This document shows, in pieces, positions 36,101 to 44,876 of a DNA stretch of 49,631 bases (positions are counted from its first letter, which is position 1; the number at the start of each line of letters is the position of its first letter). This DNA comes from a virus (taxonomy: Duplodnaviria; Caudoviricetes): the IMG/VR virus record IMGVR_UViG_3300036985_009087, positions 1-49,631 of that record, one strand, 5' to 3'. Position numbers and translations under genes: made by a program. Below the pieces are notes generated by a model. The model had not been told where the DNA came from, did not search any database, and was given only the letters and a program-made list of their open reading frames with translations.

Positions 36101-36500
36101 TCGTCACAGTTTTCTCTGCAACGCAAAAATAAATCATTGCGACATTTTTATCGAAGCTCAAATTCTGAATTTTAAAAAAATCCCAGTCTTTAGGTTGTGC
36201 TAGGGGGAATGGTGCTGCATAGATTGATCCATCAACAGCAAAAACAAGATAGTCAGTTTCAGAGTCTGAATTTTTTGTAGATATAAAATGGCAAAGACCT
36301 TGAAGATTTCCTGCTGGCAGAGTTAATTGGTGCGCAAATCCTGGACGTGTCTGTGCAATGCCACCACGATTAACAACATTTACTGCTCGTCGATATTGGT
36401 CTGGTCTTAATAGCCAAGGATGGCGGACAGTATTCATGCCAGCTGTCCAGCCAGCATCAACACTCACAAGTCTTCCTGCAGATATATTTGGTGACTGCAT
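33180..36500 (-). CDS. Tail nozzle/tubular protein B-like with C-terminal delta-60 (DUF5122-like) beta-propeller
   Basis: N-terminal GMN...NVVNRGG..QTRPG; repeats QPDGKIIIAG, LQTDGKIIF, IVRLLANGNVDTSF, AGSFTSYNG; flanked by two YRSx[VI]SQxDAD motifs. Confidence 0.65.
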   Translation of the reverse strand: MQSPNISAGRLVSVDAGWTAGMNTVRHPWLLRPDQYRRAVNVVNRGGIAQTRPGFAHQLTLPAGNLQGLCHFISTKNSDSETDYLVFAVDGSIYAAPFPLAQPKDWDFFKIQNLSFDKNVAMIYFCVAEKTVTTLANQTIQLIPSYNVLMIQDGLNDAAYWDGYESSHLKEAEPFLQTPKGTWMAFSGGRLWVARGKVLVASDLFDPLSFSERIDGTSRGDFLFSKNITGLVGFVGENRAEILSIFTDSRSEVIQSGIRDREKWATTANFQSILFPSTGCVAGRSIVFQSGLMWWYSSGGLVSSDAAASSNLTSQINFRDAEMAFSKQSLNSDQSGICSVSFENYLLVSAPVNENLNSETFVLDYATMSEASAEKIPAWSSVWTGIRPVQWVSANISNRRRAFAASVDYNSLSDGSHNHIWEAFMPEREDSFFELGADNELAYYKRPIYCEFETRLMGDGHDLKVFLYSDLNLIEIAGDVSFRVDYRGMRGAYKNVLCKEIIAPILIEDTGANISSEESAELGTLRKQNRRLLTEYGNLENNCPTCESENVESIDKAFSLLVRWCGQLAVESIRIFMEPYPEPSDGKCEKNETKACIVDESGINHLYEIASDFIPVGERFERAVSNIFVSTQSYKAERICPSPSVTGITSVTAIATYRSKVSQEDADTFALSIAQQTAENQLAVVIEEYPCYYDGVKFVNGTCTSTINEEINSLCIIPDRFILVGNFWYDNTRVQGKITAKDLITGGRITNFTASNINANGFVNMPFNPADPSLNYNVYSIANFADGSTICVGDFAKYAGENRSCIAKITTSGSLSPTPTFGTGFATGTARKVKIANDGQKIFVSGTFTSYNGTSLASPFVKLNADGTVSQAFTIPFVAVKDFIEQPDGKIIIAGYGTNSKVSVNRLNANGTNDATFTHYEHNAPDNNFYALALQTDGKIIFSSVGINSNKNIVRLLANGNVDTSFNVGSGFSSGTAAKSIIIDSTGAVYAAGSFTSYNGNSINRIVKISPAGAIDLSFNPGAGFDDVVNQIIISGGNIIAVGKFTQFDGEDASRFVRIGSAGNFLESLFSYSIGGVYRSEISQVDADNRALLIAQEYVDSGVTCQ

Positions 36501-36501
36501 T

Positions 36502-39486
36502 TTATATCAAAAGATCGTCTGGATTTGACATTATGTCTGCATTAATCTGCATAGGATAAACCCTAGCACCATCAATTGCTCTGTTTCTTTTGTTTAAATA
36601 TTCAACAGAAATTTGCCTATATCTTTCAGACTCATCAGCAAACTTTCTCATTAGAAGTTCTTGCGATTGAACCATCATCAAAATTGCCATTTTTGAGTCG
36701 AGGTTTATAAAATCGTATTCAGTTATGAGATTATAACTCCTACGGCGATATTTCATTCTGATCCACTTTGCGTTTTCTCTTATCTGAATTCTCCTGTAAA
36801 GTGGGTTTGTTTCAAATGATGGTATATTGCCAAGGAATGCAATATTGTCTGGCCTTCCTGTGTCCCAAGCATACAATCTTTTAAATCCATCTGAAACTGG
36901 GACTTGAACTTGAGTTATTTGTAAAACATTCACAACTGGCACTTGCTTGTATATTCTATGGGTGCCTGTTCCAGTTGAAAAATATGTCACTCTCCCAGCT
37001 TCAGATGCTATGTTTTCAGATTGAACTTTGCTTCCATAAAGTTCAATTGTTTCAGAAGTTATCGGTCTTACAAAATATGGTTCATCTGGCAAAAGAGGAT
37101 CTGGCAAGTCTCCTTCTGATTCAATTGTTACTTCATCACCAATTGAATAAGACTGATTATTTAAATCCAGCGTTGCCGCAGCATCAACAGCCAGCTCTCT
37201 TGCAACTCTTAGCTTGTGGCTCCCGCTTCCAATTCCAGAAAACTGAATTTGTGTATTTGAAGTTGTATAAACTTCTATCTGGTCATTCACGACAGACACC
37301 TTAAACTGTGCTCCTGGAATTAAAGGTTGTGGTAGTGTTCCTGTCGTTGTAAATGTTGCAGGGACAAGGTTTCCTAAAAATGCAGAAAACTCTATGTCAA
37401 GTTGATTATCTCTGGGAATAATTTGAGCAGTCCTTTCTGTAAATGCATAAAGTTCTCCGATGCCAAGAGATATTGGCACTATTATTCCTGTCGTTGAGCT
37501 GGTTGCTATCGATTGTGCATAGGTCTGGAAAAGTTGAATCCTGGTTTCGCCAAGTTTCCTTAAATAGAAAAAATTCTGAAGATCAATCTGTGGCGATGTG
37601 ACAGGAACTGCTCCTGTGGTGAATATTCTTATTGCAGAACCTGTTGCAAATTGACTTGTTTTTAGTTGCCACTCTTGTGTAAATCCAACAGAAAATGATC
37701 TGTTAATTAACAGAAAAAGTGAACCTGCTCCTGTTGATGTTATTGATATTGGTTCTGGGATTGATGAACTGACAGTAAATGTTGTTGCCGTCATTGGAGC
37801 ACCAACTGCAGCTTCTGCTCTATAAACTGTGTCGGAAGTTAGTGGTGCAGGAAGAGTTCCTGTTGTTTGAAATTGCACAAAACTTCCGCTTGCTGGCTCG
37901 AACTGAATTACTGGAACTGATGTGTAGCCTGTGCCACCTGTTATGATATTAACTGCAACAATTTTCCCGCCAGAAACTGTGGCAGCTGCAGAAGCTCCTG
38001 TCCCTCCTCCTCCAGTTATTCGAACAAGTGGCGAAACTTGATATCCAGAGCCGGCATTTGTTATTCCGATTGAAGTTAGCGTTAAATTTGTAAGCGTCGC
38101 AGTTCCTGTAGCTCCTGATCCAGAAGGATTGCTCAAATTGTGTGGAACACTTGTCGTTATGTTTGCTGCAGAACCAAGTGTTACTGCTGATATTGGAATA
38201 ATTTTTGAAACAATATTTATCCCAGAACCAAGCGTCGTCATGACTATCGAATTTGTATTTGTTGTCGAGTCTGCTATCGTCCCGTGAATTGTTATTTTGT
38301 AGTCATCGATCTTTCTTACATAATATGTCGTGTTTTCGACAAGTGGTGCTGGCAAATCTCCTCCAGAGTTCTTTATGGTTATAGAATCTCCTGTTATAAA
38401 ATTATGAGCAATGGAGAAATTAAGAGTTGTGACAGGAGAAAGACTTAACAATTGTCTCAACTTGAGATCTACTCCTGGATTGGTAACATTCACAGGACCT
38501 GACTCAAGTTTTGCATCTTGAAGTTCTTTGTATATGTTAAAATTCTCAGTGCCAGAAGTTTTTGTGTAAAAAATATCAGATGAGTTTATCTCAGGAGGAT
38601 ATGTTGCTGCTCCGAATGAAACAACATCATAGTCAACAAGGCCATTGGCGCCAATTGTTCTAACCATTGTTCTTGCAGTAACAGATCTTTCATCAACAAG
38701 GTTTATTGACGAAGTTGACGAAAGTCTTGTTATTTCAATTGGACTTTGATTCAGTTGAGCATCAAGTCTTGTGTCGTGAATCGTTACTGAATTTGGATCG
38801 GTTGCTCGGATGTAATAATAAAATCCATTGTTCAGTGGCTGGGGAAATAGACCTGATCCTGCATTGGCTTGCATTCTAACTCCAGTTATCAACTTGTGAT
38901 CTTCAACTGAGCTAAAATATTTCATCACAGATGTTTTAAATATCCTAGCCTGCCGCCTTGTTATTGGCCTTGCAGTTGGAAGTCCAGTGGCAAAAACAAA
39001 TGGAACAAAAATCCCATCAACCCACTCACCTGCCTCGTTTTGTTCAGTTAAATTGTTTCCGAATTCATCAAATCCAATTATTCTTGCAATGAGATTTTCA
39101 TCAGACCTTAAATCGCATCTTGCGATAATTGGCCCAGGAATTTTTATGTCCATGGTTGTTGGGACAACTCCAATGTCGTCCCAGACCCAAGGAACAGTGC
39201 GTTCGTCTGTCAATCCATCGCCATTGAGATGGAATCTGAAATATTCATCTCTCCCAAAAACTGGAATACCATCAATCGTAACTGCCAAAGGAGTTTCAAC
39301 TTCCCTAGGGAGTGTGACTGTGCTACCATCATTGAATGTCCTTATGTCAAGGACACCAATGTTTGCATTCCAGTCGCCTTCATCTTGGAGTGCTCTTACT
39401 GCATCAGTAAGACGCTTTAGTGCTTTTTCACGATCGCACCTCCCAAGAATTTCGATGACATCATCAAGTATCTCAGATACGAACAT
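36502..39486 (-). CDS. Tail adaptor/tubular protein A-like with inserted repeated beta domains
   Basis: Helical N- and C-termini; about seven repeats of H.(L/F).TG....G.LP.PL....YY(V/I)R; one ITNAGSGY...GGGGTGA sheath/fibre-like repeat. Confidence 0.6.
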   Translation of the reverse strand: MFVSEILDDVIEILGRCDREKALKRLTDAVRALQDEGDWNANIGVLDIRTFNDGSTVTLPREVETPLAVTIDGIPVFGRDEYFRFHLNGDGLTDERTVPWVWDDIGVVPTTMDIKIPGPIIARCDLRSDENLIARIIGFDEFGNNLTEQNEAGEWVDGIFVPFVFATGLPTARPITRRQARIFKTSVMKYFSSVEDHKLITGVRMQANAGSGLFPQPLNNGFYYYIRATDPNSVTIHDTRLDAQLNQSPIEITRLSSTSSINLVDERSVTARTMVRTIGANGLVDYDVVSFGAATYPPEINSSDIFYTKTSGTENFNIYKELQDAKLESGPVNVTNPGVDLKLRQLLSLSPVTTLNFSIAHNFITGDSITIKNSGGDLPAPLVENTTYYVRKIDDYKITIHGTIADSTTNTNSIVMTTLGSGINIVSKIIPISAVTLGSAANITTSVPHNLSNPSGSGATGTATLTNLTLTSIGITNAGSGYQVSPLVRITGGGGTGASAAATVSGGKIVAVNIITGGTGYTSVPVIQFEPASGSFVQFQTTGTLPAPLTSDTVYRAEAAVGAPMTATTFTVSSSIPEPISITSTGAGSLFLLINRSFSVGFTQEWQLKTSQFATGSAIRIFTTGAVPVTSPQIDLQNFFYLRKLGETRIQLFQTYAQSIATSSTTGIIVPISLGIGELYAFTERTAQIIPRDNQLDIEFSAFLGNLVPATFTTTGTLPQPLIPGAQFKVSVVNDQIEVYTTSNTQIQFSGIGSGSHKLRVARELAVDAAATLDLNNQSYSIGDEVTIESEGDLPDPLLPDEPYFVRPITSETIELYGSKVQSENIASEAGRVTYFSTGTGTHRIYKQVPVVNVLQITQVQVPVSDGFKRLYAWDTGRPDNIAFLGNIPSFETNPLYRRIQIRENAKWIRMKYRRRSYNLITEYDFINLDSKMAILMMVQSQELLMRKFADESERYRQISVEYLNKRNRAIDGARVYPMQINADIMSNPDDLLI

Positions 39487-39494
39487 TTTGAAAA

Positions 39495-39728
39495 TTACAT
39501 TCCAAGACGCGAATCAGACATTCCAGAAAGCTCTTGGCCGAATCCTTCAAGGCCGGGAGCTTCTGCACCAAGGCCAAGACCTTTCATCTTTTCAGCGGCT
39601 TTTGCGCCTTTCATGTCGGCTTTGATTTTTGCTTCTGCACCATCGAGCGCAGAACCAAGTTGAGCGATGAATTCTTTTGCCATCTGAAATGTGCTCATTG
39701 GCATAGTGATTGTGATTTCTTCTTCCAT
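39495..39728 (-). CDS. Small hypothetical protein
   Basis: 77 aa, co-oriented, tightly packed. Confidence 0.65.
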   Translation of the reverse strand: MEEEITITMPMSTFQMAKEFIAQLGSALDGAEAKIKADMKGAKAAEKMKGLGLGAEAPGLEGFGQELSGMSDSRLGM

Positions 39729-39730
39729 AG

Positions 39731-40105
39731 TTAGTCCTCTTTTTCTGTTTCTGTTTCTTTTTCTTTTTCTTTTTCTACTTCTTTTTCTGACTCAGACAGG
39801 CCGTCTTCGATCTCGTCTTCGCCTGTTGAATTTTCTTTTGCCGAATCAAACTCAATTCCCATAACGTCGATGTCTAAAGCATAAGATTCTTTAACCTCGC
39901 CATCTTGATTCTCGCGCTCGCTTTCATTTTTTGAAACAACGCGATACTTAATTTTTGCGGTTCCTTCTGTCCCAACGTCAGGAGCGTCTTTAAGTCCAGG
40001 AATGTCATTTAGATAAAGACCGGGATAGTAAGAAGACTTATCTTTCGCCGGAGATTCTTCCATTACCATCTCAATTGATTCTCGTTTTTTTCCAAGGTCG
40101 ATCAT
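39731..40105 (-). CDS. Acidic hypothetical protein
   Basis: 124 aa, E/D-rich tail, YYPGLYL motif. Confidence 0.7.
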   Translation of the reverse strand: MIDLGKKRESIEMVMEESPAKDKSSYYPGLYLNDIPGLKDAPDVGTEGTAKIKYRVVSKNESERENQDGEVKESYALDIDVMGIEFDSAKENSTGEDEIEDGLSESEKEVEKEKEKETETEKED

Positions 40106-40141
40106 AGTTTTATTATTATTGTTTTGTGGGTTATGGGAATA

Positions 40142-40684
40142 TTATTTACCTTCTAGTAGAAGATACGGGATCGTTTTTTGATTGTATCTACTCATTTCCG
40201 AATAGACGAGATTGATGAATCCATCCCATTGTGGTGGGTAGATCGTTTGGCAACCTTCGGATGACGTTGTTCGATAACCTCCTCGATGGATATTAATAGC
40301 AATGCCCATGTCGTCCCCGGTAATGTCTCGCGTAACTGGTAGTTCTTCTTTTGGGTTAGCAGGTCGTAATGCCGGGTAACCGCCTCCGGGTTTAGAGATA
40401 CCATGATTGCCTTTGCGGTACCTGTGAATACCCGTTTTAAGAACCGCGATACCTTTTTTGTAAACCGAAGGATCTGTGTTGGCATTGAAAGTAGCATGGA
40501 CTGACGGGGAAATTAAAATTATGGCATCGTCGTAGATACCTCGATCGTTTTTTCCTTTTTCTCCCATGCTATCAAAGTAGTATCCGCGAATCCCGACCAA
40601 CGAAACAAGATCTTCAATCCCGGCTTTGATAACCATAGCCAAGGTTTTTTCTTTTGCTTGTTGCGGTCGGGAATTTGGAATCAT
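40142..40684 (-). CDS. Putative endolysin with L,D-transpeptidase-like His/Cys motif
   Basis: LVGIRGY..YDD..NTDP..INIHRGG..SSEGCQTI; follows holin-like genes. Confidence 0.65.
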   Translation of the reverse strand: MIPNSRPQQAKEKTLAMVIKAGIEDLVSLVGIRGYYFDSMGEKGKNDRGIYDDAIILISPSVHATFNANTDPSVYKKGIAVLKTGIHRYRKGNHGISKPGGGYPALRPANPKEELPVTRDITGDDMGIAINIHRGGYRTTSSEGCQTIYPPQWDGFINLVYSEMSRYNQKTIPYLLLEGK

Positions 40685-40857
40685 TTTCCTTTGCGAATTA
40701 CGTTAATTAGTCCGACTAAACCTAACCCCGCAATAAGAATTGCTTCTTGAAGTTGCGGTTCAATTTTCACTCCGACTGCAGTAGCAATCAGAATCAGCCC
40801 ACGCCAAGTGGAGTTTTCGCTTAGTTTGTTGATTAACACGTTGATTACGTTTTTCAT
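40681..40857 (-). CDS. Holin-like protein, two TM segments (58 aa)
   Basis: Hand-translated: MKNVINVLINKLSENSTWRGLILIATAVGVKIEPQLQEAILIAGLGLVGLINVIRKGK; overlaps both neighbours by ATGA. Confidence 0.75.
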   Translation of the reverse strand: MKNVINVLINKLSENSTWRGLILIATAVGVKIEPQLQEAILIAGLGLVGLINVIRKGK

Positions 40858-41006
40858 TTTTTGGTTCCTTTTGGTTCTGGGAGTTCATATGTGAATCTTC
40901 CGTATTCCGTTTCAAAAGATATTCCGAGTGTTGTGCAGCTCGTCAAGAATGCTGCCAGCAGAATTGAAAATAATATAATAATGGCTGATGCTATTTTTTT
41001 GTTCAT
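40854..41006 (-). CDS. Small lipoprotein (spanin-like candidate, 50 aa)
   Basis: Hand-translated: MNKKIASAIIILFSILLAAFLTSCTTLGISFETEYGRFTYELPEPKGTKK; signal peptide with lipobox LTSC. Confidence 0.7.
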   Translation of the reverse strand: MNKKIASAIIILFSILLAAFLTSCTTLGISFETEYGRFTYELPEPKGTKK

Positions 41007-41317
41007 AACAAGTCGAGTCTTTTTTCAAGTCGCTCCATAACGACTGTGTTTCTTGATATAGTTGAATGTGCAGTAGAAATAACTTCAAGCATTTCTTTAT
41101 TGTTCTGTTTTAGATGCTCAACAAAATCATGATTCTGCTTTTCAAATTTTAGCTGCTGATTGTCTATTCTCATTTGAAGATCGTCGAATCTTTTCATGAA
41201 GAATTTTGCCATGAGCACAATAAAAACTATCCCTATAACCAACAGAGCCACAAACATCCAACGATCACTCTGGGTTGATGCGTATGTTACTGTTTCGGTA
41301 AAATCTGACACATTCAT
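41003..41317 (-). CDS. Single-TM coiled-coil membrane protein (BhlA/UviB-like holin or inner spanin)
   Basis: Start at MNVSDF overlapping the upstream stop (TAATG); TM WMFVALLVIGIVFIVLM followed by coiled coil. Confidence 0.65.
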   Translation of the reverse strand: MNVSDFTETVTYASTQSDRWMFVALLVIGIVFIVLMAKFFMKRFDDLQMRIDNQQLKFEKQNHDFVEHLKQNNKEMLEVISTAHSTISRNTVVMERLEKRLDLL

Positions 41318-44300
41318 TAGCTTATTGTTAAAGTTGAATTTGCTGGGTTGTAAACTCCAGTTCTTCCTGCGGCACCAGTTAGTGATACAGTTGCATAGGA
41401 GTTGGCTGTTGCTCCAGGGAAAAATCGCCATGTTGACCCGATGGCAGGAATGGCTGTAAAAGCCACAGCAAGTGTCGTAGAGGTAAAAGTCCCTGTCGCA
41501 GTCGTCGCGCCACTTGTAACGACCCTTGTAAGTGTGCCGCCAGCTATGTTAGTTTGTCCTGTGTAGCTGTGAGCCAGATTTCCAAGATTCAAAGTCCCTG
41601 AATCCTGTTTTGTCAAAGTCCCTGTCGTAAGAGTTATGATTGCTCCTGTCGATAGTGTTGTTGTTCCTGCACCACCAAAAAGAACACTTCTTGTTGCACC
41701 TCCAATTGCTGCTGTGATTGTTAGTACTCCAAGAGCAGGATGAATTTCAGCATCTGCAGTAAGTGTTATGGCTCCTGACATGGTGTTGTTGCCAGACCGA
41801 TTGACAAGTGCACCTTCTGTCAAAGTTCCTGTCCCAGCAATTGAAATTGGCCTTGCAAATGTTATTGCTCCTGCCAATTCAAGTTGTGCATTTGAAAGAA
41901 CACTTATTGCTGCTGTCCCGAGAGCTCCAGCATTGCTAACTTGCAAAGCACCACTTTGAACACTAACGGATCCTGTTAAAGAATTTGCTGCAGATAAAAC
42001 AACAGTTCCTGTTCCAAGTTTAACAAATGATCCTGTTGTAAGAGTTATTATGCCAGAAATTGTGATCGTTCCAGGAGTTGAAAGAGTAAGTGTTCTTGTT
42101 GCACCACCAATAGCTCCTGTGATTGTTAGAGCTCCAGAAGAGGTTGATATCTTTGAATTGGCAGCAAGTGTTATTGCTCCAGAAAGTGTGTTATTCCCAG
42201 AAAGATTATTTATTGCACCACTGGCCAAATAGCCATCTCCAGAGATTGTTATTGGCTCTGCTGCTAAAGTGATGTTGTTTGAAATTGCGAGTGTTGATCC
42301 TGAAGCGACAGTTGTTGCTACTGCCACCGAGCCAAGTGCTGCTGCACTTTTTATTTCAAGAGTGCCAGATGATATTGTTGTTGATCCTGTAAATGTGTTG
42401 GCTCCAGAAAGAGTCCAGGTTCCTGTTTCATTTTTTAGAATTGACAAAGTTGCAGTTCCTGTTGCTGGAGCTGTCACCAAGTTGTCTCTTATAACTCCTG
42501 CTATTTCTCCTTGTCCTGTTCCTGCAAGTGTAAGAGTTCTATTTGCCCCAACTCCTGATGTTGCATTTGTTTGCGAATTGAAATTTGTGCCATTGAGTGT
42601 TAATTTTCCAGAGCCACTGGCAGAAATTGTTCCACCAACTGTGTCTGTTGCTGCTGGAGGTGCTGAATTTCTTCCAATTTGAAATGTCCTATTTGAATTT
42701 GCTGCTTCACCAATATAAATAAGAGTTGCAATTGATCCATCAGCATTTCCAAAAGCTAACGGAAGTGAAGATGCACCAACAGAGGAAGGAACGGACAAGT
42801 CTGCAATTGATGATATTGTGCAATTTCCAGACTGAATTGTCAATTGTCCAGAAAATGTATTTGCATTTGTCAAATTCAAATTTCCACTAACAAGAGTCAA
42901 TGTTCCTGCTCCAGAAATTACTCCTGAGAAATTCGTAAATCCAGAGGCCTCTGTCCGAATGAACAAAGATGCTGAATTTGATACATTGCCAAGGATATTT
43001 AATGTTCCAGCAGTAATTGTCATTCTTGAAGATGATCCTAGAGCAATTGTTCCTTGGATATTGTTTATTCCTGAAATATTACGAATAACGCCTGCATTTG
43101 CAATTCCAGATCCATCTGCAACTATGTTATTTGCTATAGTTATGCCATTTAAAATTTCAAGAGCAGCACCAGCCAATATTATTGTCTGGGAAGGTGCAAT
43201 TCCAAGAGATGAAGAGTTTGTGGCTTGTATTACACCTGCAGATATTGTGAGATTTCCAGAAAATGTATTTGCTGCACTTAATTGAAGTGTTCCAACACCT
43301 GTCTTTTTTATTGTGCCAGCTCCAGAAATAATTCCAGACAGTGCTAGTGTTGTTGCATTTGTTATTTCAATTATTCCACCAGCAACTCCTAAAAGTATCT
43401 TCTTCGAAGATGTTGTTGCTGCTCCTGTGTAAATTAAAGTTGACTCAGATGTTGTCCCGACACTTATTGGAGAAATTCCTGCGCCAAGTGGACCTGCAAC
43501 ACCTTCATCATTAAAATTTCCAACAGAAATGATGCCACTGGCAACACGAAGTTGTCCTGTGAATGTGTTTGTTCCAGACAGAACAAGTTTATTTGTTCCA
43601 ATTTTCGCAACGCCAATAGTGCCAGATCCTGTTCCTGTTGAATCAGGAATTACATCGGAAATCGTAAAAGTTGACCCTGCTGCATTTGTCGTATCAAAAG
43701 CAATAGCTGACCCTGCTTTAAAGCCATTGTTTGTTATTGACGACATCAAAAGCAAAATAGGAGCAATATCAGATGTTGCAAATTGTCCTGTTCCTCCGAC
43801 ATTGATTGCAAAAGTTCCTCCTGAATTTACGATTATTTTATCCTTTGTCCAGTTTGCAGGAACGCCTGAGTAAAGAGCAACCAATTTTGAAAACAATGCA
43901 ATTCCTGCACTCAAAGTTGTTTTTCCAGTATATGAATTCGTCCCAGAAAAAATAACAAGCGAGGTTCCATTTTTTGTTATTTCGCCAGAACCTGAAATGT
44001 TAATTGGAACTGTGATCGTAGCTGTCCCTGCAAAATCAAGAATTCCAGCATTCGATATTGATGCAGTTGAAAGTGATCCTGAAGTTTGTCTCGATATTGA
44101 CAGAATCCCTCCAGCAATTATTGATGTTGCTCCAGAATATGTGTTGTCATTTGAAAATGTAACAAGTCCTGCAATATTAACTGGCCCTGTGCCAGAAATT
44201 ATGCCAGAAATCGTCTGTGCTGTTGGAGATATTATGGAAAACTGAGAATTGTTGATTACATTGCCAACATAATTCCCATTTCCAAGCACACCTGTCTCAA

Positions 44301-44658
44301 TTTCAAAGACACCTTCTGTTATTTCTGTTGCTCCAGAGTACAAATTTACTCCTTTGAGTGATAATTTTCCTGTTCCGATCTTTTTAATCCCACCTAAGCC
44401 AACAACTGGTTGTGTTATTGAGCAGTCAGACGCATTTCCAGCAATTAAAAGTATTGGTTGGGAGGTTTTGTTGGACAAATTCAACCTTTGGCCAGCAAAA
44501 CCATCTATGAATGTTATAAGATTTGTGTTTCTGAGCGTCAATTCTACCAACTTTGGGAATTCAGAAATATAAACAAAGCTATTGATCGACTGGGAAAAAG
44601 ACCCGAAGTCAATTTTCGTGATATTTTCAGATCCAGTTATCGATGCAGAAAGTGGCAT
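41317..44658 (-). CDS. Autotransporter-associated beta-strand repeat (PATR) protein; probable fibre/adhesin
   Basis: More than ten repeats of K.G.G.L.LSG.NT(F/Y)(S/T)G...I..G.L; no C-terminal beta-barrel or signal peptide. Confidence 0.8.
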   Translation of the reverse strand: MPLSASITGSENITKIDFGSFSQSINSFVYISEFPKLVELTLRNTNLITFIDGFAGQRLNLSNKTSQPILLIAGNASDCSITQPVVGLGGIKKIGTGKLSLKGVNLYSGATEITEGVFEIETGVLGNGNYVGNVINNSQFSIISPTAQTISGIISGTGPVNIAGLVTFSNDNTYSGATSIIAGGILSISRQTSGSLSTASISNAGILDFAGTATITVPINISGSGEITKNGTSLVIFSGTNSYTGKTTLSAGIALFSKLVALYSGVPANWTKDKIIVNSGGTFAINVGGTGQFATSDIAPILLLMSSITNNGFKAGSAIAFDTTNAAGSTFTISDVIPDSTGTGSGTIGVAKIGTNKLVLSGTNTFTGQLRVASGIISVGNFNDEGVAGPLGAGISPISVGTTSESTLIYTGAATTSSKKILLGVAGGIIEITNATTLALSGIISGAGTIKKTGVGTLQLSAANTFSGNLTISAGVIQATNSSSLGIAPSQTIILAGAALEILNGITIANNIVADGSGIANAGVIRNISGINNIQGTIALGSSSRMTITAGTLNILGNVSNSASLFIRTEASGFTNFSGVISGAGTLTLVSGNLNLTNANTFSGQLTIQSGNCTISSIADLSVPSSVGASSLPLAFGNADGSIATLIYIGEAANSNRTFQIGRNSAPPAATDTVGGTISASGSGKLTLNGTNFNSQTNATSGVGANRTLTLAGTGQGEIAGVIRDNLVTAPATGTATLSILKNETGTWTLSGANTFTGSTTISSGTLEIKSAAALGSVAVATTVASGSTLAISNNITLAAEPITISGDGYLASGAINNLSGNNTLSGAITLAANSKISTSSGALTITGAIGGATRTLTLSTPGTITISGIITLTTGSFVKLGTGTVVLSAANSLTGSVSVQSGALQVSNAGALGTAAISVLSNAQLELAGAITFARPISIAGTGTLTEGALVNRSGNNTMSGAITLTADAEIHPALGVLTITAAIGGATRSVLFGGAGTTTLSTGAIITLTTGTLTKQDSGTLNLGNLAHSYTGQTNIAGGTLTRVVTSGATTATGTFTSTTLAVAFTAIPAIGSTWRFFPGATANSYATVSLTGAAGRTGVYNPANSTLTIS

Positions 44659-44660
44659 TT

Positions 44661-44876
44661 TTAAATTTCAGAATCTTCTTGATCTGGGTATTTAAGATCC
44701 AGTAGTATAATTTGATCTTCACACTCTTGTTCAGTTCCTACAAAAAGAATGTTTTGAGTTGCGATTGATTGGTCTGTTTGCTCATACAAGACAATTAGTT
44801 TATCGGCATAAACCAACTTCCAATTGCCTGTAGAGGCATCGTAAGACCAACCATTTGTGTCAGGTGGGATTATCAT
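44661..44876 (-). CDS. Small acidic hypothetical protein (fibre chaperone-like position)
   Basis: 71 aa between the two PATR genes, overlapping the upstream stop. Confidence 0.6.
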   Translation of the reverse strand: MIIPPDTNGWSYDASTGNWKLVYADKLIVLYEQTDQSIATQNILFVGTEQECEDQIILLDLKYPDQEDSEI

